Below, one piece after another: positions 38,470 to 50,973 of a stretch of DNA of 64,000 bases; position 1 is the first letter of the stretch, and each line of letters starts with the position of its first letter. A model generated the notes under the pieces. The model searched no databases, was not told the origin of the DNA, and worked only from the letters and a program-made list of their open reading frames with translations. This DNA is from Octopus sinensis. Lineage: Eukaryota. The stretch is from positions 35,278,001 through 35,342,000 of the forward strand of contig NC_043009.1 in NCBI RefSeq assembly GCF_006345805.1, written 5' to 3'. The position numbers and the translations under genes are program-made.

Positions 38470-39305
38470 AAGCCTCAGAATTATCAAATTAGTGTGTTAA
38501 CGAGAAAATTTGATAGGTGCCGTAAGCACTGAGAAGATGCCAATTCATATCTGCAAAAACTCAGGTAAAACCATTTGGCCTGTTGCAAGCGTTTATTTAA
38601 CAAGGCTAAAATCGTACACAAACATAATATGCTTTACTTCTTCATTGATCAGAAAAACTTCGATCGAGACCATAAGTTTAACAAGAGAAATGACCAATTG
38701 TTATATGCAGACCTTTCTGATGTCTTCACACTGGTGTCTACTCAGTTTCCGGCAACTGTAATATTTGGAGTGGTGAGTAACGAAGTTCACATAATGATAT
38801 TACACATCTTTCCACAGGATCTTAGAATTAATACTAAGGGATATGTTGAGATACTGGAGACAGTTGCTACACCTTGGATGGAAGAATCATGCGGTGGAAG
38901 GCGATAAGTGTTCCAGTAAGATCCAGTACTTACTTGCAAAGCTCATATAGTGCGAAAATCAATGTCAGACAATCTTTACGATTATATAATACTAAACAGA
39001 TGGCCTCCAAACTCGTTAGATTTCAATTTCATGGACTACTAATTTTGGAGCGCTTCTGAAAAGGAGACTAAGTGATATTCTCACAATATCCTTGCTTCAC
39101 TAAGGTTGCTATTGTTCAGGCAATTTCTGAAATGGATAACGACCATTCAGTGCAGAAATGTCCTTCGTTAAAAAAATTTCCCGATGCTGAAAGAGAATTC
39201 ATTGAATAATCTTATATGAGAGTTTACAAAGGAAAATGTGCGTTTGGTTTGTGATAGATTAAAGTAGTTCTATTAAATTGCATAACTTGTTTTCTCACAG
39301 ACTGT
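38470..39305 (+). pseudogene. Second, more decayed DD37D-like transposase remnant with a right TIR
   Basis: It reads FFIDQKNFDRDHKFNKRND, TQFPATVIFGVVSNE, HIFPQDLRINTKGYVEILETV..PW and RWPPNSLDFNFMDY. The end gttttctcacagactg-TA is CAGT-type. The DD spacing was not counted because of frameshifts. Confidence 0.8.
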
Positions 39306-40226
39306 ATATTTTAGAAAATATTCTTCCTACTGTTTTATTTTTTCTATTTTCTAGAGATAATGTACATATAAGATAGTGTATGCGCTTTCAATCACTTTCC
39401 TTATTTCATCAACTGACTAGCATGCTTGTTAATTTTCTTTTATAGACACGCATGTTATTATACATATTACACACACATACATACACACACACATACAAGC
39501 GCGCGCACAAATATACACACACGCGCATGCAAGCACGCACACAAATACGCACACACACACAGAGAAATAGTCAGACAGGCAGACACACACTCACATACAC
39601 ACTTAATAAATATAGGATTTTGAATTTATTTTCACTGCTGCACAACTGCAAAACACCCAGCCATTAACTTATTTATTTTATAACAAGAAAACAATAGAAT
39701 TGCTATCTTTCTTGATATACTTCAAATCAATAGTATACGATCTACATAAATTTCCATATTTCAAGAACTATGGGATTGCATACATTTAAACATCTCAATT
39801 AGTATCTCAAATCATATCTCATATACTAGTGTTACTGTAAAATTCGCACTTCGTTCGTTCGTTTTAATTCCCAACCCGCACCTCTCTTTCTTATCATTAA
39901 AGTTTTACAAATAATCTACTATATCTTTTTAAACAACTTTTCATACAAAAAGCTTGTAAAACTAATTCCTTATACTTTAGATGTTATCCCTACATATTCC
40001 GATCACAAACAAAATTATAATCGAGTATTACGAAATTTATACAATTTAATTCCATTCAAGTTTTTAATCCTATTCATCTTTTGTATTTCCGATACGAATT
40101 CGATATCTCGTTTTTACAGTCTGTTTTCACTTCTCACAAAACGGATATACACGAAGAACAATCATTACTAGATAGATAGATAGATAGATATATAGATATA
40201 CATAGATAGATAGCACCACCCATCCA

Positions 40227-40232
40227 TCATAT

Positions 40233-40321
<89 letters not shown>
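40227..40321. repeat. (TA)n microsatellite on the left flank of the array
   Basis: Direct reading. Confidence 0.95.
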
Positions 40322-40322
<1 letters not shown>

Positions 40323-40575
40323 AATTAATTAATTTTACCCTCAATTGTTGAAATTATAATTCGTCTCTCTCTATTTAATGCTTCGGATTTTACCGAAAAA
40401 GCATAGTGTTTACTGATTTTAACCCACGCTGGTGGAAAGGGGAGAGCAGAAATTCTTCGCTTGCATATTTTGGGTTTGCTGGCACTGTTAGTTTCGAGCA
40501 GATCTTCAGAAGCGATAAGAAGCCGAAAGGGTATGCTCCCACTTTCAGTGTTTTCAAATCCAAACCAAGGAGTTC

Positions 40576-40627
40576 TGAGCTGATGATAGAAATGTCGAGT
40601 TGACTAATCTTGAAACGTACGTTCTCA
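40576..40627 (+). ncRNA. Type I hammerhead ribozyme motif, array unit 1
   Basis: TGAG CTGATGA T-AGA-aat-GTCG-agt-TGAC-taa-TCT-T GAAAC GTAC GTT CTCA. Stem III is the palindrome ACGTACGT and the triplet is GUU. Confidence 0.8.
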
Positions 40628-41134
40628 AATAACCTTTGCATTTGATTTTTTAATGTCTTTACCCCCATACTTTCGTGAGTTGAATTGAGCAAACACTATA
40701 TGAGAGAGATTTTCTTTAAGTATTAGAAATAGTTTAAAAAAAGTTTTTTTAGCTACTATTTCTAATGAGTTCAGTATGTGGCAAAGTAATTTATTTTACT
40801 AAGCCCTTTTATATAATGTAATATTTGAATTCGCCTTAAATGGTCCCTTTACATACTGAATACTTGGTGAAATTGATTAATAATTAATTAATTTTACCCT
40901 CAATTCTTGAAATTATAATTCATCTCTCTCTATTTAATGCTTCGGATTTTACCGAAAAAGCATAGTGTTTACTGATTTTAACCCACGCTGGTGGAAAGGG
41001 GAGAGCAGAAATTCTTCGCTTGCATATTTTGGGTTTGCTGGCACTGTTAGTTTCGAGCAGATCTTCAGAAGCGATAAGAAGCCGAAAGGGTATGCTCCCA
41101 CTTTCAGTGTTTTCAAATCCAAACCAAGGAGTTC

Positions 41135-41186
41135 TGAGCTGATGATAGAAATGTCGAGTTGACTAATCTTGAAACGTACGTTCTCA
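41135..41186 (+). ncRNA. Hammerhead motif, array unit 2
   Basis: Identical to unit 1. Confidence 0.8.
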
Positions 41187-41694
41187 AATAACCTTTGCAT
41201 TTGATTTTTTAATGTCTTTACCCCCATACTTTCGTGAGTTGAATTGAGCAAACACTATATGAGAGAGATTTTCTTTAAGTATTAGAAATAGTTTAAAAAA
41301 AGTTTTTTTAGCTACTATTTCTAATGAGTTCAGTATGTGGCAAAGTAATTTATTTTACTAAGCCCTTTTATATAATGTAATAATTTGAATTCGCCTTAAA
41401 TGGTCCCTTTACATACTGAATACTTGGTGAAATTGATTAATAATTAATTAATTTTACCCTCAATTCTTGAAATTATAATTCATCTCTCTCTATTTAATGC
41501 TTCGGATTTTACCGAAAAAGCATAGTGTTTACTGATTTTAACCCACGCTGGTGGAAAGGGGAGAGCAGAAATTCTTCGCTTGCATATTTTGGGTTTGCTG
41601 GCACTGTTAGTTTCGAGCAGATCTTCAGAAGCGATAAGAAGCCGAAAGGGTATGCTCCCACTTTCAGTGTTTTCAAATCCAAACCAAGGAGTTC

Positions 41695-41746
41695 TGAGCT
41701 GATGATAGAAATGTCGAGTTGACTAATCTTGAAACGTACGTTCTCA
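41695..41746 (+). ncRNA. Hammerhead motif, array unit 3
   Basis: Identical to unit 1. Confidence 0.8.
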
Positions 41747-42252
41747 AATAACCTTGCATTTGATTTTTTAATGTCTTTACCCCCATACTTTCGTGAGTTG
41801 AATTGAGCAAACACTATATGAGAGAGATTTTCTTTAAGTATTAGAAATAGTTTAAAAAAAGTTTTTTTAGCTACTATTTCTAATGAGTTCAGTATGTGGC
41901 AAAGTAATTTATTTTACTAAGCCCTTTTATATAATGTAATAATTTGAATTCGCCTTAAATGGTCCCTTTACATACTGAATACTTGGTGAAATTGATTAAT
42001 AATTAATTAATTTTACCCTCAATTCTTGAAATTATAATTCATCTCTCTCTATTTAATGCTTCGGATTTTACCGAAAAAGCATAGTGTTTACTGATTTTAA
42101 CCCACGCTGGTGGAAAGGGGAGAGCAGAAATTCTTCGCTTGCATATTTTGGGTTTGCTGGCACTGTTAGTTCGAGCAGATCTTCAGAAGCGATAAGAAGC
42201 CGAAAGGGTATGCTCCCACTTTCAGTGTTTTCAAATCCAAACCAAGGAGTTC

Positions 42253-42303
42253 TGAGCTGATGATAGAAATGTCGAGTTGACTAATCTTGAAACGTACGTC
42301 TCA
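42253..42303 (+). ncRNA. Hammerhead motif, array unit 4 (1-nt deletion at the cleavage site)
   Basis: It reads GAAACGTACGTCTCA, one T fewer than the other units, which shifts the stem I register. This may be a sequencing indel. Confidence 0.6.
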
Positions 42304-42808
42304 AATAACCTTTGCATTTGATTTTTTAATGTCTTTACCCCCATACTTTCGTGAGTTGAATTGAGCAAACACTATATGAGAGAGATTTTCTTTAAGTATT
42401 AGAAATAGTTTAAAAAAAGTTTTTTTAGCTACTATTTCTAATGAGTTCAGTATGTGGCAAAGTAATTTATTTTACTAAGCCCTTTTATATAATGTAATAA
42501 TTTGAATTCGCCTTAAATGGTCCCTTACATACTGAATACTTGGTGAAATTGATTAATAATTAATTAATTTTACCCTCAATTCTTGAATTATAATTCATCT
42601 CTCTCTATTTAATGCTTCGGATTTTACCGAAAAAGCATAGTGTTTACTGATTTTAACCCACGCTGGTGGAAAGGGGAGAGCAGAAATTCTTCGCTTGCAT
42701 ATTTTGGGTTTGCTGGCACTGTTAGTTTCGAGCAGATCTTCAGAACGATAAGAAGCCGAAAGGGTATGCTCCCACTTTCAGTGTTTTCAAATCCAAACCA
42801 AGGAGTTC

Positions 42809-42860
42809 TGAGCTGATGATAGAAATGTCGAGTTGACTAATCTTGAAACGTACGTTCTCA
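42809..42860 (+). ncRNA. Hammerhead motif, array unit 5
   Basis: Identical to unit 1. Confidence 0.8.
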
Positions 42861-43143
42861 AATAACCTTTGCATTTGATTTTTTAATGTCTTTACCCCCA
42901 TACTTTCGTGAGTTGAATTGAGCAAACACTATATGAGAGAGATTTTCTTTAAGTATTAGAAATAGTTTAAAAAAAGTTTTTTTAGCTACTATTTCTAATG
43001 AGTTCAGTATGTGGCAAAGTAATTTATTTTACTAAGCCCTTTTATATAATGTAATAATTTGAATTCGCCTTAAATGGTCCCTTTACATACTGAATACTTG
43101 GTGAAATTGATTAATAATTAATTAATTTTACCCTCAATTGTTG

Positions 43144-43186
<43 letters not shown>

Positions 43187-43706
43187 TCGGCGTTTTTGCA
43201 TTGATGATTTTATCGATATCAGACAATCAGGTTGTATATTTACTTTGACAAAAAAAAAAGTGAATAAAATGTTACTTAATGCAAACCTAATAAATTTATA
43301 TCAAATCAATACTGCTTATGTATCGAAGATGGGAGTAATCCACACGAGTGAAGTTACATTTTCATGGCAAAGCTTCGTTAATCTGAAACTCTAATTGAAC
43401 ACTTATCCGTCACATTTATGAGCTGACGTACTTTTATGTATCTGTGTGAATGTATATAAATATTTTGTTGGCTGGTTTCTACATATAGAGACAGTTAATG
43501 CTTTCTAGTTCCCGAGAATGAATTACTGTCCAATAGTGGGAGGGGTAGCACTATCACTATGAAACACTGCTGTTTATTAGACCACCAAAGTCCTTACCCC
43601 AATGGCGGTTTCACCCACATCGTCTGTAGGGACAAGCAGCTAAAAAGTTGTGTTCACATTTGAATGTGCAGGGATATGTTTAGAATAGCTGCACGTATCG
43701 TTGTTG

Positions 43707-43760
<54 letters not shown>

Positions 43761-43817
43761 TAATAATAATAATAATAATAATAATATTTATAATTATAAT
43801 TATAATAATAATAATAA

Positions 43818-44324
43818 ATGCCCTGCCCTGCTGCAGTACCAGACATTGGCTTGCATGACTTCTGATCTTAACTGATTGGAAGTGTTATCATATACATTGT
43901 TTTGTCTTGGTATAAAAGATGGGCTACAGCAAATATTCTGCTCAATACCACAGATTTGCTTGTCAGTTGTTTGACCTTAACCAGTTGAGCATGTCCCTTA
44001 GTGGCTGACGATATGTGCATCTCTGATAATGAGCAGAAGTAGTGGGAGATCATCATAGCCGTGTGTTGAGAGAGATTCTTTGGGGTTTGAATAATGCACT
44101 TTTTGAGCGGGATGGGTTACTCGACCAGAGGAAAATTCTAACTGGACCCCACCTGCAAGGTCATGTGCTGTTTATCTTGGTATGAGATCTCCATATTGCG
44201 CACATATGGTTGTGATGCATGTGCCTAGTGTATCCTTATCAGACGGGTAGTCATGATGTGTATACTGGGTTTCATATATTTTACCCCAGTGTCACTTTGA
44301 TGGCATGCACTGCTCTCTCATTCC
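43818..44324. mobile_element. Non-coding interspersed repeat of about 500 bp embedded in (AAT)n (copy 1)
   Basis: It is colinear with 45702-46193. (AAT)n lies at 43700-43817 and a trinucleotide run starts at 44325. Confidence 0.8.
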
Positions 44325-44363
44325 ATAATAATAAGAATAATAATAACAGTAGTAGTAGTAGTA

Positions 44364-44428
<65 letters not shown>

Positions 44429-44443
44429 AAGAAGAAGAAGAAG

Positions 44444-44476
<33 letters not shown>

Positions 44477-44640
44477 AAGAACAAGAACCAGAAGAACAAG
44501 AACAAGAAGAACAAGAACAAGAAGAAGCTGAAGAACAAGAACGAGAAGAAGCAGAAGAAGAAGACGTAAACGAAGAAGAAGAAGAAGAAGAAGAAGAAGA
44601 AGAAGAAGAAGAAGAAGAAGAAGAAGAAGAAGAAGAAAAG
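44325..44640. repeat. Compound trinucleotide microsatellite (AAT/AGT/AAG/AAC)
   Basis: Direct reading. It explains the poly-K/N/F/S/L ORFs in the track. Confidence 0.95.
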
Positions 44641-45701
44641 ACAAAACGAAGAGCACGATGCGATTGCAATAGATATGTTATTGGTTGAACGGTATTTCGA
44701 CAGCAAGCCTGTCTTTGTCTAGTTCAAATTAATAAGTGATAAAATTTCACAACTATTGAAATTCAAATCTAAAATAGGAACGGAAGCAGCAAGTGTCCAC
44801 ACGTTGATGGAATGAAATCATTATTTTTGAAGTTTCAATTTTATAACAGGCGAAAAGTAAAAGACAGAAAAAAACGAGAACAAGTGACAAAAATGAAAGA
44901 AAAAGAAAAATATTCAATCACATAGCTTTATCTCATAACTGGCTGCTGACGAATTTTTTCTGCAAAATATCGATACATTATCCTGTTCATGCTATTTCAT
45001 TAGCATTATTCTGTATTTGAGAATAAATTATTTCCTTATCTCTATCTTTCAATACATCTCAACGCTTCTAAACCAAAATTTTTTACTTTCATCGTATGTT
45101 TTGTATAAATTTGATGATATTCTCCTGTCATTGTATTCATTCCTCCAGGGCGTGATGTTGACCCGCAAACATATTTCTCATATACATTTTGAGTATTGAA
45201 AGGGAAGCAGATTCAAAATTTTTTCTGAGAATATGTACTTTGAAGGTTTTTTATTTTCAAAATTGCAGCCATTTTAAAGAAAATTTTCGGCACGTTCAGT
45301 CGAACTACTGTTATTGTGCCTGACGTCAAACCCTTTAAAGTTTCTGTTCAATTGTTCTGTTTTACAACCAACATAAAGAAAGTTATGTTTCGTGCATTAT
45401 GCTGCGTACAGCAAATGTGAATCTTTACATGTCTACCTTCTGTATAAATCGTAACATCTTTGTTATGATTCCTGATGGAATTCATTTCACTTGGAATTCA
45501 TTTCACAATGAAGTGCTTACCTCTCTTGCGGCTGCTTTCCAAGGTACAGCGGGAAGATACATCAATAAGTGTTTTATTGGAGTCAGAAATAGTGGTTAAT
45601 ACATTTCTTATATTCTTATTCCGTCTTAAAGGCTACAATAGGCGACTAAGGAATATCTGTTTCAAATAATGATGATAATAATGATAATAATGATAATAAT
45701 A

Positions 45702-46193
45702 ATTGGAAGTGTTATCATGTACATTGTTTTGTCTTGCTATAAAAGATGGGCTATTGCAAATATTCTGCTCAATACCACAGATTTACTTATCAATTGTTTG
45801 ACCATAACCAGTTGACCTTGTACCTTAGTGACTGACGATATGTGCATCTCTGATCACGAGCAGAAGTAGTGGGGGAGCATCATAGCCGTGTGTTGAGAGG
45901 GATTCTTTGGGGTTTGAATAATGCACCTCTGGAAACATGCGTGTTTCGTTCAACTTCCTTAAACAACCCTTATTCAGGGACCTTTTGAGCAGGATGGGCT
46001 ACTCGATTAGAAGAAAATTCTAACTGGACCCCACCTGCAAGGTCATGTGCTGTTTATCTTGATATGAGATCACCATGTCGAGCACATATGGTTGTGATGC
46101 ATGTGTCTAGTGTACCCTTATCAGACGGGTAGTCATGATGTGTATACTGGGTTTCGTATATTTTACCCCAGTGTAACTTTGATGGCATGCACT
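45702..46193. mobile_element. Same repeat family (copy 2), truncated at the left end and carrying about 55 bp absent from copy 1
   Basis: attggaagtgttatcat...gatggcatgcact is flanked by AAT/GAT runs on both sides. Confidence 0.8.
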
Positions 46194-46203
46194 AAAGATA
46201 ATG

Positions 46204-46249
<46 letters not shown>

Positions 46250-46291
46250 TGATGATGGCGACGACGACGACGACGATGACAACAACAACAA

Positions 46292-46323
<32 letters not shown>

Positions 46324-46379
46324 ACAACAACAACAACAACAATAATAATAATAATTGCTTAATTAAATAACCTCATCTA

Positions 46380-47067
46380 TTCCACTGCAAAATTTGTAAC
46401 TCCTAAACTAAGCATCTGGGCGACACGGAAAAGGACCAACCATGTCACAAGACCTCCTAAGTGGAAAGTAGTGATACAAAAAGAGATCGAATCTCTGCGG
46501 ACGGATGTATCAGTTCTCGAAGAACGTGTTAGGAGTCATGGTTCAAAACGTTGCTTACTTTTTACCCAACCTTATATCTTATCCTTTATGTTTTCGAGAT
46601 TTCTGCGTCCATCGCTGTGCATATTTGCCGTGTGATTTAAGGAGACATACACCTTTACTTCCTCGATTTCATCGCTTCCCAACGCTATTCGTCTTGATGC
46701 TACATTTCAGACCACATGCATTTTATTTTCATGCAGTTCATTTTCAGGCTTAGTCCTGAGCTACAAGTGCCCAGCTCTCTTAGCATGGTCTGCAGCTGAT
46801 CTGTGGTTTTGGTGCTGAATACGATGCCATCTGCGAATTGGAAGTTTGTTAGTAGCTAGCCGTTGATGTTCACGCCACCGATCCAGTTAATATGTTTGAT
46901 GACGATTTCTAGACATGCGGTAAAGAGCTTTGAAGATATGGTATTTCCTTGTTTAATGCCTTTATCAATTAGAAGTATTACTGGTGGCGATAGCAGAGTT
47001 ATATCTTTGCTGCATCCAAAATTCGCACCTTCGAGTAGTTTGGTAAATTGCATCTCAACACCTGGGA

Positions 47068-47070
<3 letters not shown>
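46380..47070 (-). mobile_element. RTE-clade LINE RT remnant
   Basis: It reads [37 protein letters not shown] followed by QFADGIV (cf. GVRQGDTISPKLF..LE...W..GINI.G...LRFADD). Confidence 0.8.
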
Positions 47071-47136
<66 letters not shown>

Positions 47137-47234
47137 TGTACATAGATACATACAAACATACATGCATATATATATATATATATATATACATAAATATATA
47201 CACTCACATATATATATATAAATAGGTGTGTATG

Positions 47235-48600
47235 TGTGTGTGTATATATATGATGGACTCTTGCGTCAGTTTTGACGTATAAGGCTCTGGCAACGTATTC
47301 TTTGTTTGTCAGTCATAATGCTTATGTTGAATGTGACAGCTTATATGTGAAACATGTTCGACCAACATTCCTGTACCTACTCCCAAGCTGGTTGTACATG
47401 AGGACTTTGGGTATTCTTTCGTCACTCATTCTGACGACATGGCCAGCCCAGCACAATTATGATTGTATAAGGAAGCTTTCAATTCCACCAATCCTACACT
47501 TGCTAAATTAAGTCGGCATTAGAAACTTTGTCTTTTAGTTAATAATTGAATATTGTCCTCAGACAGTCATTGAGAAAGATTTCTAGTTTGTTAATGTGTC
47601 GTCCATAGGGTATCCATGATTTTGAGCCATACAAGGGTGTAGTAAGAATAGCTGCTTTACAGACCTGTACTTTGGTGTCAAGTTTGATGCCCCTTTCATT
47701 CCATAGGCTATGACGGAGTTTACCAAATGCGTTGGTTGCTTTTGCAAGACGGCTGATGATTTCATATATGAAGGGAAGCGCTCAAATTCACGTTGCAACC
47801 AAGATATGTAAATGGCTTCACATATTTTAGGCCTTTCCCTTCAAACTGTATAGGAGTGTCAGAAAATTTATGAACCGATGGCCTCCACTTGATACATCGA
47901 ATTTGTTTAGGAGTACAGCAAGTTTGGTGGATTAATACCTTCTTCTTTATGCTAATGGTCAAACCAGAGGCTTTACATGCAACAGGAAATCGGTCTAGAC
48001 TTTCCTTAGCTTTCTCTAAAGAGGTCACTACTAGTGTAACATCATCTGCAAAAAGGAGATAACGAATGATACTGGTGCGTAGCAGTGGTATGGCATTGAA
48101 ACACTGATGACTGAATAGTCCAGCACTTGTTCGAAACTGTAATTTGACACCGCTTTGTATGTTGCCAAAATCATCCCTCAGCATTACTGAAAAGAAGAGC
48201 GCAAACAAAACAGGGGCCATAACACAACGTTGCTTTGTGCCGTGTGTAACATTGAAGGAAGACGAAGATTACCCACCAGACACGACAACAGCCTTCATTT
48301 CCTCATTAAAGGAGATGATAACATTCAACATCATGTCGGATATACCAAGCTTTTTCAGAACTTTCCACAGTACTTGCCGGTTAACAGTGTCGAAGGCCTT
48401 GGTAAGGTCAACAAATATCATGAAGAACTCTTGATTTTTCTTACGTACCCTCTCCATGACCTGACGGACGAAAAACATCGTGTCGATAGTGCCACGATTA
48501 GAGCGAAATTCACACTGTTATTCTGGAGAGATATGATTTATAACAAATTTGATGACCTGTCAAGAATGAGTCGAGCAAGATATCTTACTAGCAATAGAGA
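47235..48600 (-). mobile_element. Second RTE-clade LINE remnant (RT to C-terminus)
   Basis: It reads FMIFVDLTKAFDTVNRQVLW, APVLFALFFSVML, IRYLLFADDVTL..ACKASGLTISIKK and VVRMSDERIPKVLMY. Confidence 0.85.
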
Positions 48601-48604
48601 GATA

Positions 48605-48918
48605 GGCACCTTGGGCAAGTGTCTTCTACTATAGCCTCGTGTGGACCAAAGCCGCGTGAGTTCATTTGGTAGACGGAAACTGAAAGAAGCCGGTCGTGAA
48701 TATATATATACGTTTGTGTTTCTGTGTTTGTCTTCCCACCATCGATTAACACAGGTGCTTGCATCCCGGTATCTTAGCGGTTCAGCAAAATGGACCGAGT
48801 GAATAAGTACTAGTCTTACAAAGAATAAGTCTTGGGTTCGATTTGTTCGACTAAAAGTGGTGTTTAGGCGGACCGCAGTCAAATGTCTGAAACAAGTAAA
48901 AAAGTAAAAGAAAAGAGA
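48605..48918 (+). mobile_element. SINE family A, 5'-truncated and decayed
   Basis: ggcaccttgggcaagtgtcttctactatagcc...gactaaaagtggtg...tgaaacaagtaaaa. Confidence 0.8.
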
Positions 48919-48931
48919 ATACATATATATA

Positions 48932-48975
<44 letters not shown>

Positions 48976-49258
48976 CAGAACGTATGCACAAACGATGATA
49001 TCATACATCAGCTATTATAGAGAACTAACCATTGTAGAGAATACAGAATCCTCGCCCTTCCAGTCAATTTGAATACTTCCATTTTCACTATAATCACCGT
49101 TTACTTTGTTGTTTGATGTATTACCTTTAGAATCTGATCTAGGAATATTGTAGAAAAATAACGAGTTTATTCATTATTACATTCATGTGTGTATTCAGTA
49201 CATCCTGGCTCTCTTTTTAACTCTTAGACATATACATACACGTATACACATGCATATA

Positions 49259-49326
<68 letters not shown>

Positions 49327-49328
49327 TG

Positions 49329-49489
<161 letters not shown>

Positions 49490-50927
49490 GCATGTATAAA
49501 TATATGTCTGTGTTTGTGCGTGTGCATGTGTGTGTGCGTAGTGCGCATGTGTGTGTTCTCATAAGTATATTTTCAGATACGTATATACATGTGTATATGT
49601 GCCTGTGTGCTAGATGAATTTCTATTCAATCGCTATACATCAAGTATTTTTATCGAACCAAACTCTACTTCAACTTTTTTTCCTGTTCCACAGACTAAAT
49701 TAATATAGCTTTGCCTACCAAATGCCCAATATTTATCTAGCTAAACGCTTAATACATTCAAGATAATCTATGAAGCTAGGGAACAATGGATGCATAAACC
49801 AACAGGCAATAGATATTCCACTATATTAACATCATACAAAGCTTTTCGATTTGAAATGTTTTCTATGAGCTTATATGAAATAATATCACTAGTCATATCC
49901 ACGTCGACAATGTGTAAAAGGTACAATAGCTTCGGCCTGAATCAACTGCCTTTATGCTTATGTTTAATAACGTGGTCTCCAATATTACAACACTTCGCTT
50001 TTTATTTTACTCTCATGCTTTTCTTTGCTTACGTTTTTATGTGCACGAGAGTGGGCTACAGTTCCGAGACATCCATTTTCAAACTGAGCATCATCCAAAC
50101 TTCAAATCTCTGTACATTGTTGGGGTTTGTTACAAAATTCGATACTTTGTTGTGCTATTTCCATTTTCACTATAAAAATATGTCATTAAACCAAAATTTT
50201 GGAATCTGTGGACTGTTTTGGGTATTATTATTCGTCCTGACGGAATGCACGTGTTTGTCTACTCGTAAGGTGTTGCTCTAAATTTTGGTTTCCAAATGTT
50301 ACTTACTTTGTTTCTAAACGTTTGACCAAAACATTACTTTTGCATAGGTTGGTTGCTTGCTCTCTTAGTGCCCCTTTGGGGGCTGTAATCATAAACCAAT
50401 TTTTTTCTAAATTAATTTTAAAAATACAAACAAACTTGGTGAAGCCAGGCTTGTTGAAAGACATAGAAGAGGAGGCGAGATGTGCTTCACACAGAGAGGA
50501 GGAAGATGCCGTAGTACCCTCCGCCTATTACTCACAAATAAAAGGGGAAACGAGCACAAGCAGGTTCAAATTCACACACAGGACATTTCCAAGTCGCCAA
50601 TAAAAATAAGAGTAGCAACAAATGACAGCTCATAGCAGCAGCACCACAAGCACAACCGTTCCATCAGCACCACCACTACAACAAATAAGCTAAAAAACAG
50701 CACATAGTAACAGTATCATGACAACAACCGACTCCACCACTACAACGAATAATATCGTAATAAATGGCAAAAAATCTTTCGCTGTAACGGCGGCCAAGGG
50801 CAAAACTCATACATAGCGTTTACTTCAATCTAAGATGTTCATAAAGTAATGTTGGACAAGACAACACATGTTCATTATTTACATTATTTACATTTGACGA
50901 ATATTTGTCCTCATCTTGTTTGTTGTT

Positions 50928-50973
50928 AACACAACGTTTCGGCTGATATACCTCACAGCCTTCATCAGGTGTC
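50928..50973 (-). ncRNA. Minimal type I hammerhead ribozyme motif
   Basis: The minus strand reads GACAC CTGATGA A GGCTG-tgaggtatat-CAGCC GAAAC GTT GTGTT. Stem I has 5 bp including one G-U, stem II has 5 bp after an extra A, and stem III is the palindrome ACGT. Confidence 0.75.

Larger units (their letters stand above)
40322..43150 (+). mobile_element. Head-to-tail array of five non-coding HHR-containing units of 557-560 bp plus a terminal repeat of about 35 nt (retrozyme-like or PLE pseudo-LTR-like)
   Basis: The unit start aattaattaattttaccctcaatt occurs at 40323, 40882, 41442, 42001, 42558 and 43116. The units are near-identical, each carries one HHR, and (TA)n flanks both sides. Confidence 0.95.

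Noticed and set aside
40390-40692. 100-aa antisense ORF and 65-aa sense ORF repeated in the array units
   Set aside because: They recur only because the DNA is repeated. The frames are broken by 1-nt indels between units and are not kept in the 14.5-16 kb relative.
40322-43150. CRISPR-like or toxin-antitoxin-like array
   Set aside because: The units are about 559 bp and identical throughout, with no unique spacers and no cas genes. The context is eukaryotic.
44219-44706. Long ORFs with poly-K/N/F/S/L, and the many YIYIYI ORFs elsewhere in the window
   Set aside because: They are stop-free translations of microsatellites.
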